A DNA stretch of 64,000 bases from Lama guanicoe (Eukaryota): positions 186,001 through 250,000 of the forward strand of contig MU053758.1 of assembly GCA_013239625.1 (NCBI GenBank), written 5' to 3'. Under the pieces are notes generated by a model. That model did no database searches. It saw nothing but the letters and a program-made list of their open reading frames with translations, and was not told the origin of the DNA. The position numbers and the translations under genes were made by a program. Each line of letters begins with the position of its first letter. Positions within the stretch are counted from its first letter, which is position 1. This document shows, in pieces, positions 24,771 through 36,409 of this stretch.

Positions 24771-26167
24771 AGAACAATGTCTATAGTTAACCAAAACACA
24801 CTGAATAAAACAGGATCCATGAATCTAATGATATTCCAAGGGAAAAAATGTAAGTGGTGAGCAGAGTACTTTAAAAAAAAAACAAAACTATTTAACTATG
24901 GAAAAATTTCAAGCACACATACAAAAAATAAAGGAAACATTAAAATGAACTTTATTGTACTCATTCCCCACCCTCTACTCCTGGACAAAATGCATTTATC
25001 TGTCTCTTCACCTATTTCTCTCACTTCTCAAATCACTTTGAAGAATCATTTTGACATCATACCATTTCATCAGTACATAGTCTCTCTGAAGGGTAATGTG
25101 GTAGTTTTGTTTTTACTCAATTTAACTGAGCTGGAACCACGTTTCCTGGGATTCCCTTCCCTGTGTAATGCCAGGTTAGGGATGTCCACAAGAGAAACTT
25201 GCAGGAGATCTGGAGGCAGAAGTAAAACAGCAGCCATCATGCTCTGATGGTCATTAGAGGCGGTGCGGGACTGCAGAGATATTGGTTCCATCTACTTGGT
25301 CCTCTTTCTACAGACCCTATGTCCAGTCCTCCTTCCCAACTACTGGCCCTGCTGACCAGTCACCCCAGGTTCCCTACCAGAACTTGCTCTGAGAACTCAC
25401 AGTTGTGGTAACCAGGGGGAACCAGCAACCTTTCTTATACTGCACCAACTCTCTTGGTGGTTGTACTCTAGAAAATGGATGCTTCTGGATTTTCCAAGTT
25501 CCAGCTCATTCACTCGTGACAAGGCTGGTTGCTGACTTTTCCGTGATTTTTTTTTTGACCTTTACTTCCCCAGCACATCCAGCAATTATGTTAATTCCTA
25601 TAATAAATTTCCTTTTCTGTAATATTTATAGTAGTTCTGCTTCCTTGACCGAGGCTCAAGGGATTCAGATAAAGGTTGTTACACACACACGCACATGCAC
25701 AATAGCATTATCAGCTAGAAATTTAACAGTCATTCTTTAATATTATCAAATGTCCACAGTGTTTAAATTCCTCCATGTCTTTTTTTTTTAAGGATCAAAG
25801 CAGAATCCAAATAAGGTCCACACATTGGTTCATAAGTCACCTAAGTTCCTTTTAATATGTAGATTCCCCTGTATCTCTATTTTTCCTTGCAACTTATTTA
25901 TTGGAGGAACCGTGTTGTTGATCTTATACTATTTGGATTTCTCACATCTAGATTATACCAATTTCAGGGGTCATGGTTCCTTTATCCCCTGTATTTTCTC
26001 TAAATTTGTAGTTAGATCAAGAGGCTCAGTCAGATTCAGTTTTGATTTTCACAGAAGACTCCTTCATAGGTGAGGGTGTGTGCCCCTCCATCAGGGAGAC
26101 AGGGCACAGAACAGCTCATCGTGTCTCTTTTATCAATTATTAGCAGCCATTTGGTGATTGTGCAACT

Positions 26168-27801
26168 CACTGGTTCTCAACATTTTTGATCTCAGGACCC
26201 TATTATAGTCTTAAAAGTCATTGAGGACCCCAAAGAGCTTTGTTTTGGTGAGTTATACCTATCCATTTTGGAAATTAAGTTTGAGGAAGTTTAAAAGTAC
26301 TTATTAATTTGGGGGAAGGGTATAGCTCAAGTGGCCCAGTGCATGCTTAGCATACACAAGGTCTTGGGTTCAATCCCCAGTACCTTCTCTAAAAATAAAT
26401 AAGTAAACCTAATTACCTCCTCCCAAAATGTAATTTAAAAAAACATTTTAAGTACTTATTAATTTAGAAATAAGATAACAAATCCATTATATGTTAACAC
26501 AAATAATGTATTTTTATGAAAACTACCTACATTTTTCAAAATAAAAAAATAGTGAGAAAAGTGGAATCATTTTACATTTTTTTACCCATCTCTTTAATGT
26601 TTAGTTTAATAGATAAAATGCAGTCTCATACTTATTGCTGCATTCAGTATCTTATGATATGTTGTTTGGTTGCAGTATATGAAGAAAATATGGCCCCACA
26701 CAGATATGTAACTTGAAAAGAGAAAAATATTTTAATTGCCTGTTCAGATAAATTGTCCATATTCATCTTTGATATGACACCCAAAATCAAGAAGTGGTAG
26801 TTTCTTAAAAGGTTGTAGTAGCAATGTGGAATCTGAAATTATACTAATGAATTTTTTGTATTCTGTTAATTAAAATCCACTAGTATTATAATGGAAAAGA
26901 CTATGTATGTATGTATATGTATAACTGAATCACTTTGCTGTATACCTGAAACTATATTGTAAATCAATTATACTTCAGTTTTTTAAAAAAAAGTCCACCA
27001 GTTTGTCTTACAGTTTGAATGGATCTCTTACCTATGCATGATTTTAGAACACCATGCATCTGTCATACGGAAGATATTGGTCCACTGAATTACGCTAATC
27101 TCCCAAATGTTGATGCATTTTATCATGCAATATCGAGAATTCACTTTCATTAATATCAACACCAGTTTCACCAGAAAAGTCTCTAAATACTAAAAGACTT
27201 TCAAATTGATTGCAGTGGAAAGAAGGTTTACAAAGTTCTAATTTTTTTTTTTTTGAAAGCTTGAATTTCACGATTGGCAACAAATAGGGCCACTTGTTTC
27301 CTTCAAGTGGACAGGACCACTTGGTCGTCTACCAAATACACAACTCTGAATAACCACAGCTTATTCGTCATCCTTCCCAGTAAAAAAGATTTCCGTTACC
27401 TGTCCAGCTCGCCACTCCAATGGCACAAGTGCTTTTTCTTGAGACAACAACCATCACACTTTAGGCAGGAGTGTTTTATGCGTACATCTCTTAAAAATAC
27501 TTAAAATTGGTATTCTCTAAAAATGAATAGATTTTACTATCTCATCAAGGATATTCTGAAGTAAACTGGCTTTTTTTTTTTTCTGAGTGTGGTGGTGTAA
27601 TGTACAACCACCAGCAGCTCAAGCTAAGGTACCAGCAGTTTCGCCCATCATTGCCTTTGTGTCATCAGTATACATGTCAGCTCAGTGGAAAAGGCAAATA
27701 GCATCTTAATAACATTATGAAAATAGTTTTGACTTTGCAGACTCCCTGAGAGGGACACTAGGACCCTCAGGAGTCCGTGGCCCACAATTTGAGAACACCT
27801 G
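26168..27801. mobile_element. hAT-Charlie1-like DNA transposon remnant, with a SINE and an L1 fragment inserted
   Basis: Left end CACTGGTTCTCAACATTTTTGATCTCAGGACCC and right end TTTGAGAACACCTG form terminal inverted repeats. The family is assigned from recall. Confidence 0.7.
26311..26449 (+). mobile_element. tRNA-derived SINE
   Basis: Family consensus; 16-bp TSD AAGTACTTATTAATTT. Confidence 0.88.
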
Positions 27802-29020
27802 CCCCAGCCCATTCTTCCACAGGACAATCAGTGTTTTTTCTTCTCTATTTTCAGAAGCTCTTGGTATATAGAGATATTCACCTTTTGTCTATGATATAAG
27901 TAGCAAAGATTATTCTTTCCAAGTTTGTCACTTGTCTTTCTCCTTTTCTAAAAAAATTATTAATTATTGTGGTAATAAACATAAAATGTACCGCCTTAAC
28001 CATTTCTAAGTGTACATACAATTCAGTAACATTAAGTACATGATTCACATTGTTGTACAATGGATCTCCAGAACTTTTCTCTTTTTCCTTTGTTTACATT
28101 TTTGTATGCAAATGTTTGAAATAAATTTTTTTTCCAAAATTGAAATTTTAATCTTTTAGCTATTGAAGAAAAAAAAAACTCCTCTTTATAAAAGAATGAA
28201 AACTAATATATGTAGGAGGAAGGATAGAATCAGAAAAAATGACCACTCTGCTACCACCAATGGAATAAATGATTCTGGCCAGGATCGCATGCTAAAACCA
28301 TCAGACAAAAAGGTGCTGGAGGGCAGGACATTAAATGGGGCCAAAATAGAAATCACTTACTATTTACAAAGAGAAAAAAAAATGCGCCTTTACAATGGAA
28401 TGATCAGGTGGACACTACCTTAACCAAGTGTTCAAACTTAGCATCACTAATAGTGAGACAGCCTGAAAAAAATGTGCCCCTGATACGATGTGATATGAAG
28501 CACACAAATCACTTATGGGGGATTAATGCCAAAAATGTTTAACCAAAATGTGATCAAGACTTGAGACCTCACTGCCAGTGTATAGGAGATAACAGGATAA
28601 AGAAGCAAACTGAATAACACCATCAAGACCAATCAGACATATCAGATGCAGGACATTCTGCAAGACAACCTGGCCCGGACTCTTCAAACAGACAATGTTA
28701 TGAAAAGGAAAAAAAAAAAAGTGGAGGGACAGGATTGCTTTTGATAGTTTAAGGAGCCTAAAGTGATCAAACAACCAAATGCAATGTGTGAACTTTGATC
28801 GGATCATTGTTCCAAAAACAGTTATAAAAGGCATTTTGGAGGCAACTGTGAATATTTGAAAATGGGCTGAATGTCAGATTGTATTAGGGAATTGTTCACT
28901 TATTTAGATGAGACAATTATAGTGTGATTATTTGGGAGAACTGCTGCTATTCTTAGAAGTATGCTCAAGGATTTAGAGGGGAAGATGCCTGGAATTTTCT
29001 TTTAAATGGTTCAGCCATTT

Positions 29021-29137
29021 GTTTCTGTTTTCTTTCTTTCTTTGTTTTTTTTAATGGAGGTAGTGGGGATGGAACCCAGTACCTTGTGCATGCTAAGCAT
29101 GCTCTCTACCACCTGAGCTAGCTATACTCCCCCACCC
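29021..29137 (-). mobile_element. tRNA-derived SINE
   Basis: Family consensus; TSD AATGGTTCAGCCATTT on both sides. Confidence 0.88.
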
Positions 29138-30901
29138 AATGGTTCAGCCATTTGAAAGAGAAGGCGAGACATAAAGCAAATGCAGTAAAATTGAAACTGC
29201 TCGACCTAGATGGAGGGCTTATGATTATTCATGGTAACATTCTTTTCAAGCTTTTTTTAGTTTGACAATTTTAAAAATAAAACTTTGGGATTTATAAATG
29301 ACTGAATAAAAATTCCTCAGGTAAAATAAGAACAGGTGGATACTTTCATAACAGGGCAAACAATTTACAGTCTAAACCCAAAGCCCAGCATCATGTTTAA
29401 TGATAAACACTGGAAAAGTCCATTACGGCCGGGAACAAGGTAAGAACGGCCATGGCTGTTATTTAACATTGCCGTGAAAGTATTAATCAATGCAGTAAAA
29501 TGAGCTTATGGACTAAAAAAGATATATAACCAAAAGGGGAATAAAAAGTACAATTATTTATAAGATGTTATAACTGCATATTTGGAAACATTAAAATGTA
29601 TTAAATGAGAAACTATTAGAAACAGATTTTAGTAGGGCAGCTAGTTACAAAGTATATACTAATATATAATACTAATTATAATAGTTATCATCTAATGACC
29701 ACTTACTCTGTTCTAATCCTCTGCCAAGAGTTGTGCGTATATCATCTCATTTAATTCCCACAACGACAGAATAGAGAGTTTCCATTACTCCATCCAATCA
29801 ACCAATGAGTCAGCTGAGGCTTAAAGGGCAAAAGTAACCCACGTGGTTGGCTGGTGACAGATGCAGGATGCATAACCAGATCACACTTTTAAATGCTACA
29901 CTGCACAGCTTTCTATAAGCCAACAACCATGAATCAAAACAGAAAAGTAGAGATGTGATTCAAACCGACAACACCGGACAGACTCCCAAGGCAGGCAGAA
30001 GCTGGAGAAGAAACAAGTTAGACCGTAGATTCCTGAGGGTCCCAGTGGCCCTTTCATGGAAACTGTAAGGTCAAAACTATTTTCATAATATTATTAAGAT
30101 GCTATTTGTCTCTTTCACTATGCTGACATTTACACAAAAGTTTTCCTTTTGCTGAAAAAATTAATCTTGTGATTTCTGTGTGCTTTATTACTAATCCCTT
30201 TGTAAACCATGATACTTTGACAGCACAGAAACACCTACAAAGGGAAAGATTTAAATATTTATAGTTGCATCAGAACCTTAAAAAAATGTCTGCATGGTGG
30301 GGGAAAAAACCACTGAAATCAAGATGGTAATATTTTCAATAAAAAAATATACTTTTAAAAAATATAATAATACTGAACTACTGAAATGGTACCTAACAAA
30401 CAGGAGAGCAAAAGTATAATCTTAATTCACTTATGAGAATAACACCAAGGCATCAATTAATAAATGGGCACAGAATATGAAGAAATGACTGATGCAAGAA
30501 TAAATGCATTTAGCAGGTGAACACCCAGGAAACTATTTGCTCTTACTTGTAAGTTAAAAACACTGAAATTAAAAATAACTTTGAAGATTACAACAAATAA
30601 CATAGAAATACAGAATATCATACAAGAATATTATGAAAAACTATATGGAAGCAAAATGGATAACCTAGAGGAGATGGACAAGTTTCTGGAAACATACAGT
30701 CCACCAAGACTGAATCAAGAAGAAACTGACCACTTGAACAAATCAATCACTAGAGATGAAATTGAATTAGCAACAAAAAACCTCCCTACAAATAAAAGTC
30801 CAGGACTGGACGACTTCACCAGGGAATTCTACCAAACATACGAAGAAGAACTCATACCAGTCCTTCTCAAACTCTTCCAGAAGATTGAAAAGGAGGGAAT
30901 A

Positions 30902-31586
30902 TCCTGGGAAACAAGCTCCTGGAAAATAAGCCCCTGGAAAACAAGCAACTAGGAAACAAGCCGCACCTGAATTTCCATGAGCTTAAAATATTATATTCGC
31001 ACTTGCATGCTTAAAATGCACATGCTTGATTTGCTTTGCTTTAATGTTTTACGCAGTAGATGACCTATAATATGTATTATGCTAAAGAAAATTTGTGAGG
31101 GGCAATCCTGAGATTGACCATAAGGGCATGAAGGAGGGCAGATATTTCCTTAGGGTAAAACAATGGACGGTCTTGGAAAGCCAGATCATCCATTAACAGA
31201 ACTTTGTTCTGGCATGAAAGCATGCTGTTGAACCCAGGGGAAGTATCTGCTATCTTGAAATGTCCCAGAGGCAATCACAGGATAGACTCAGAAATTTTGC
31301 ATACCCTGAGGAGGGTGATTGTTCCTAGAAGGGATGGGCCTGAAATTAATCAGTTAACCAGCAAGCAGAACTTGGTGCTTATCACATGGAATATCTAAAG
31401 CCCCACTTCTTTGATCGCATTTTTTTCTAAGCCATATACTCCTAATAAATATGATGTTGACCAGGCTTTCAGCACTTAAGATCCACGAGATCTTGAGTCC
31501 CCTGGTCCCATCTTGGCTTTTTACTTTGTCTCTTTGTCTCTTAAGTCTTGTGTCGCCCACGGTCCTGAGCTGCCCTGGACGCAGCA
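30902..31586 (+). mobile_element. Solo LTR, probably ERV class II (ERVK-like), inserted in L1 ORF2
   Basis: A 685-bp insert splits contiguous L1 sequence. It has a 6-bp TSD GGAATA (30896-30901, 31587-31592), termini TCCTG...CAGCA, and AATAAA at 31444. Confidence 0.8.
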
Positions 31587-33445
31587 GGAATACTCCCAAA
31601 CTCATTCTATGATGCCACCATCACCCTGATACCAAAACCAGGCAAAGACAACACCAAAAAAGAGAATTACAGACCAATATCACTGATGAACATAGATGTA
31701 AAAATCCTTACCAAAATATTAGCAAATAAAATCCAACAGCACATAAAAAAGATTATACATCATGATCAAGTGGGGTTCATCCCAGTGACACAAGGGTGGT
31801 TCAACGTATGCAAATCAATCAATGTAATACATCACATCAACAAGAGAAAAGACAGAAACCATATGATCATCTCAATAGATGCAGAAAAAGCATTTGATAA
31901 AATTCAACACCCGTTTATGATAAAAACTCTCACCAAAGTGGGTATAGAGAGATCACATCTCAGCATAATAAAAGCTATATATGACAAACCTACAGCCAGC
32001 ATAGTACTCAACGGTGAAAAACTCAAAAGCTTCCGACTAAAATCTGGGACAAGACAAGGCTGCCCACTGTCATCACTCCTATTCAACATAGTCTTGGAAG
32101 TCCTAGCCACAGCAATCAGGCAAGAAAAAGAAATAAAAGGGATCTAAATTGGAAAAGAAGAGGTAAAATTGTCACTATATGCAGATGACATGGTACTATA
32201 TATAGAAAACCCTAAAAGGTCCACACAAAAACTACTAGAAATAATCGAAGAATTCAGCAAGGTAGCAGGATACAAGATTAATGTAAAAAAATCAGTTGCA
32301 TTTCTTTACACTAACAATGTATCAACAGAAAGAGAAAGTAAAGAATCAATCCCCTTTAAAATAGCACCAAAGTAATAAAATACCTAGGAATAAATCTACC
32401 AAGGAGGTGAAAGACTTACACATGGAAAACTATAAAATACTGATTAAAGAAATTAAAGAAAACTTTAAAAATTGAAAGATATCCCATGCTTCTGGACTGG
32501 AAGAATCAATATTGTTAAAATGGTCATACTGCCCAAGGCAATCTACAGATTAAATACAATCCCTATCAAATTACCCAGGACATATTTCACAGAACTAGAA
32601 CATATCATGATAAAATTTATATGGAACCACAAAAGACCCAGAATTGCCAAAACATTACTGAAGAGAAAGAAAGAGGCTGGAGGAATAACTCTCCCAGACT
32701 TCAGACAATGCTATAGAGCTACAGTCATCAAGACAGCATGGTATTGGTACCAAAACAGACATATAGACCAACGGAACAGAATAGAGAGCCCAGAAATGAA
32801 CTCATAAACTTTTGGTCAATTACTCTTTGACAAAGGAGGCAAGAACATACAATGGAATAAAGACAGTCTCTTCAGCAAATGGTGTCGGGAAAACTGGACA
32901 GCAGCATGTATGTCAGTGAAGCTAGAACACTCCCTTACATTATACACAAAAATAAACTCAAAATGGATCAAAGACTTAAACATAAGACAAGATACAATAA
33001 ACCTCCTAGAAGAAAATAAAGGCAAAACATTATCTGACATACATCTCAAAAATGTTCTCCTAGGGCAGTCTACCCAAGCAATAGAAATAAAAGCAAGAAT
33101 AAACAAATGGGACCTAATGAAACTTACAAGCTTCTGCACAGCAAAGGAAACCAGAAGTAAAACAAAATGACAACCTACTGAGTGGGAGAAAATTTTTGCA
33201 AATGAAACTGACAAAGGCTTGATATCCAGAACATATAAGCAGCTCATGTGACTCAATAAGAAAAAAACAAACAACCCAATCCAAAAATGGGCAGAAGACC
33301 TAAACAAGCAATTCTCCGAGGAAGAAATACAAATGATCAATAGGCACATGAAAAAATGCTCAATATCACTAATTATCAGAGAAATGCAAATCAAAACTAC
33401 AAGGAGGTATCACCTCACACCAGTCAGAATGGCCATTATTCAAAA

Positions 33446-33821
33446 NNNNNNNNNNNNNNNNNNNNNNNNNNNNNNNNNNNNNNNNNNNNNNNNNNNNNNN
33501 NNNNNNNNNNNNNNNNNNNNNNNNNNNNNNNNNNNNNNNNNNNNNNNNNNNNNNNNNNNNNNNNNNNNNNNNNNNNNNNNNNNNNNNNNNNNNNNNNNNN
33601 NNNNNNNNNNNNNNNNNNNNNNNNNNNNNNNNNNNNNNNNNNNNNNNNNNNNNNNNNNNNNNNNNNNNNNNNNNNNNNNNNNNNNNNNNNNNNNNNNNNN
33701 NNNNNNNNNNNNNNNNNNNNNNNNNNNNNNNNNNNNNNNNNNNNNNNNNNNNNNNNNNNNNNNNNNNNNNNNNNNNNNNNNNNNNNNNNNNNNNNNNNNN
33801 NNNNNNNNNNNNNNNNNNNNN
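33446..33821. other. Assembly gap (376 N)
   Basis: Run of N inside an L1. Confidence 1.
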
Positions 33822-36017
33822 GGAATCTAAAAAAGAACATAAATACAAAACAGAAACAGACTCATAGACATAGAATACAAACTTGTAGTTGCCAAGGGGG
33901 AGGGCGGTGGGAAGGGACAGACTGGGATTTCAAAATGTAGAATAGATAAACAAGATTATACTGTATAACACAGGGAAATATAGTTAAGATCTTGTAGTAG
34001 CTCACAGCGAAAAAAAAAGTGACAATGAATGTATGTATGTTCATGTATAACTGAAAAATTGTGCTCTACACTGGAACTTGACACAACATTGTAAAATGAC
34101 TATAAGCCAATAAAAAAGTGTTAAAAAAAAAGAAACACAGGGCTTCAGATACTGGAGTTATTACACATACTGTAAAATAAATAGACTTATTATAAAAGAA
34201 CTATGGGTTAATGATTAAGAATTTTAACACAGAATTGAAGACTGTAAAAAGAAAGAGACAGAAAGTTAAGAAATAAAAAAATAAAATAACAGTATTGAAA
34301 ACTCAGTGGATGAATTTAACAAGAGTGGAAGACAGGTCAGAAGATAACTGTCAAAATGAATGCGGGAGGAACAAAAGATCTTAAATTACTGAAAAGAATT
34401 AAGGACAAAGAGGGTACAGTGGGTACTGAAGTACTGGAGGACAGAGAGAGAACGGGGCAGAGTAACATCTGAAGGAAAAAAAAAGGTTGAAAACTAATGA
34501 AAGTGCTTTCAAGAAGCTCTATAAGCCACAGGAAGAAAATTTTAAAATAAATACACATCAAAGAACATTAGAGTGAAAATTAAAATACAAGGAGACAATC
34601 TTAAAAGCAGCCAGCAAAGAAAAGACTACCCTTAAAAGAGATCACTAGTTAACTTTCCAACAGAGGCACTGAAATGAAGGTGCAAAAAAGGTGTTTTCAG
34701 ACAAGCAACATTTGAGGGAATTTGTCACCAGCATACTTGCCCTGAAGTAACTACTAATGGCAAATAATTCCAGGTCTTAAGGAAAGAACGAAGAGAAATA
34801 AAGATAACAAATAAGTGGGTAAATGTTCTAAGGTTTTTGCATTGTCTAGGAAGGAGATTAAAAATGTTAAGCAATGTTAGACTTTGATAGGTCAAAGATA
34901 GGTTATAATCTGTGGTTAACTACTATAGAAAGAGTAAAAATAGTGAATAACTTTCAAGCTCATAGGCAGGAAAATGGGATAATAATCATTTAAAAAAAAT
35001 CCCCAGTACCTCTGTTTAAATAAATAAATAAACCTAATTATCTCCCCCCCAATTTTTTCTCAAATAATAAAAGTTAAAAAATCAATACCAAAAAGTGCAA
35101 GAAAGGAGGAAAAGAAGAACATAGATCAGGTGGAACAAATAGAAAGCACTCGTTGAGATGTTAGATATAAACCAACTATGTCAATAATTACATAAATGTA
35201 AATCGATTAAATGCTCCAATTAAAACATAGACTGGATGGAAAAAACAAGCCCAAATATATGCAGTACGCAACAGACACACCTAAAACACAATGATACAGA
35301 AACACTGAGAGTAAAAAGAAAGATAAACACACCAAATGTAACCAATATAAAGTTGCTACCTCTAAGTTAATATCAAATAAAGTAAGACAAAAAAGCCAAA
35401 ACCACAGTTACAAAGGAATACTTCGAGTTATAAAATATTCAGTTCACAGGAAGGAACAACAATTCCTTATTCTATTAACATAGCTTCAAAACACAGAAAT
35501 CAAGATACTAAAAGAATTACATGAAGAAATAAACATATCCACAATCATGGTGAGATATTCTAACATTCTACTCTCCTTAACCGACAGAGCAAGCAAACCA
35601 AAAATGAGCAAGGCTTTGGATGAGTTGAAGCAAATAATCAGCAAGCTTGATATAAATGGACAAATACAGAACAGTGCATGTAATGCCTGCCGAATATACA
35701 CTTCTTTCAAACATACACAGAAGATTTGTTTTTGGAAATTCAGAAAGGCACTTCTAAATAACCAGGGGTCAAAGAAGAAATCACAATGAGAATTCGACAA
35801 CAGTTTGGATTAAATGCTAAAGAAAGTACCACATGTCGATGGCTGGGAAGCAACTAAAAAGCAACACTCAGAAATTTCTGACTATGGAAACCTCTACTAG
35901 AAAAGAAGAAAATCTGAAAAAGCCAAACATCTACCTCAGAAAGATTGGCAAGTTAGGCTCAAATAAAGTAGAAAGAAGGAAATAATAAATAAGAGAGCAA
36001 AAAAAAATATTGAAATA

Positions 36018-36023
36018 GTGCTC

Positions 36024-36054
<31 letters not shown>

Positions 36055-36124
36055 AATACAGAGAAGATTAGCATGGCCCCTGCGCAAGGATGACACCCAA
36101 ATTCGTGAAGCGTTCCATATTTTT
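36018..36124 (+). pseudogene. Full-length U6 snRNA retrocopy (5' part of a U6-L1 chimera)
   Basis: GTGCTCGCTTCGGCAGCAC...ACAGAGA...CGTTCCATATTTTT, 107 nt, with about 2 differences from canonical U6 as recalled. No PSE/TATA is seen upstream, and it is fused directly to an L1 3' end. Confidence 0.95.
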
Positions 36125-36409
36125 AGAAATAGACTCATGGACAGAGAATACAGACTTGTGGTTATGGGTGGGTAGAGGGTGGGAAGGGATAGACTGGGAT
36201 TTCAAAATTGTAGAATAGATAAACAAGATTACACTGTATAGCACAGGGAAATATACACAAAATGTTATGATAAATCACAGAGAAAAAAATGTGACAATGA
36301 GTGTGTATATGTCCATGAATGACTGAAAAATTGTGCTGAACATGCTGAACACTGGAATTTGACACAACACTGTAAAATGATTATGAATCAATAAAAAATG
36401 TAAAAAAAA
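36125..36409 (+). mobile_element. Young LINE-1 3' UTR and poly(A), 3' part of the U6-L1 chimera
   Basis: Closely matches the reverse complement of the L1 3' end at 45460-45733. The TSD ATTGAAATAG at 36009-36018 and 36410-36419 brackets U6 and L1 together. Confidence 0.9.

Larger units (their letters stand above)
30585..34130 (+). mobile_element. LINE-1, 5'-truncated ORF2 and 3' UTR, interrupted by an LTR and an N gap
   Basis: ORF2 fragments with the YADD motif (~32178), 3' UTR and poly(A) ending at ~34130. The assembly gap is at 33446-33821. Confidence 0.93.

Noticed and set aside
33333..33940. ORFs of 134-194 aa
   Set aside because: Artefacts of translating through the N gap.
36018..36124. 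Functional U6 gene
   Set aside because: The upstream sequence is old L1 with no visible PSE/TATA, and the copy has an L1 tail and a TSD.
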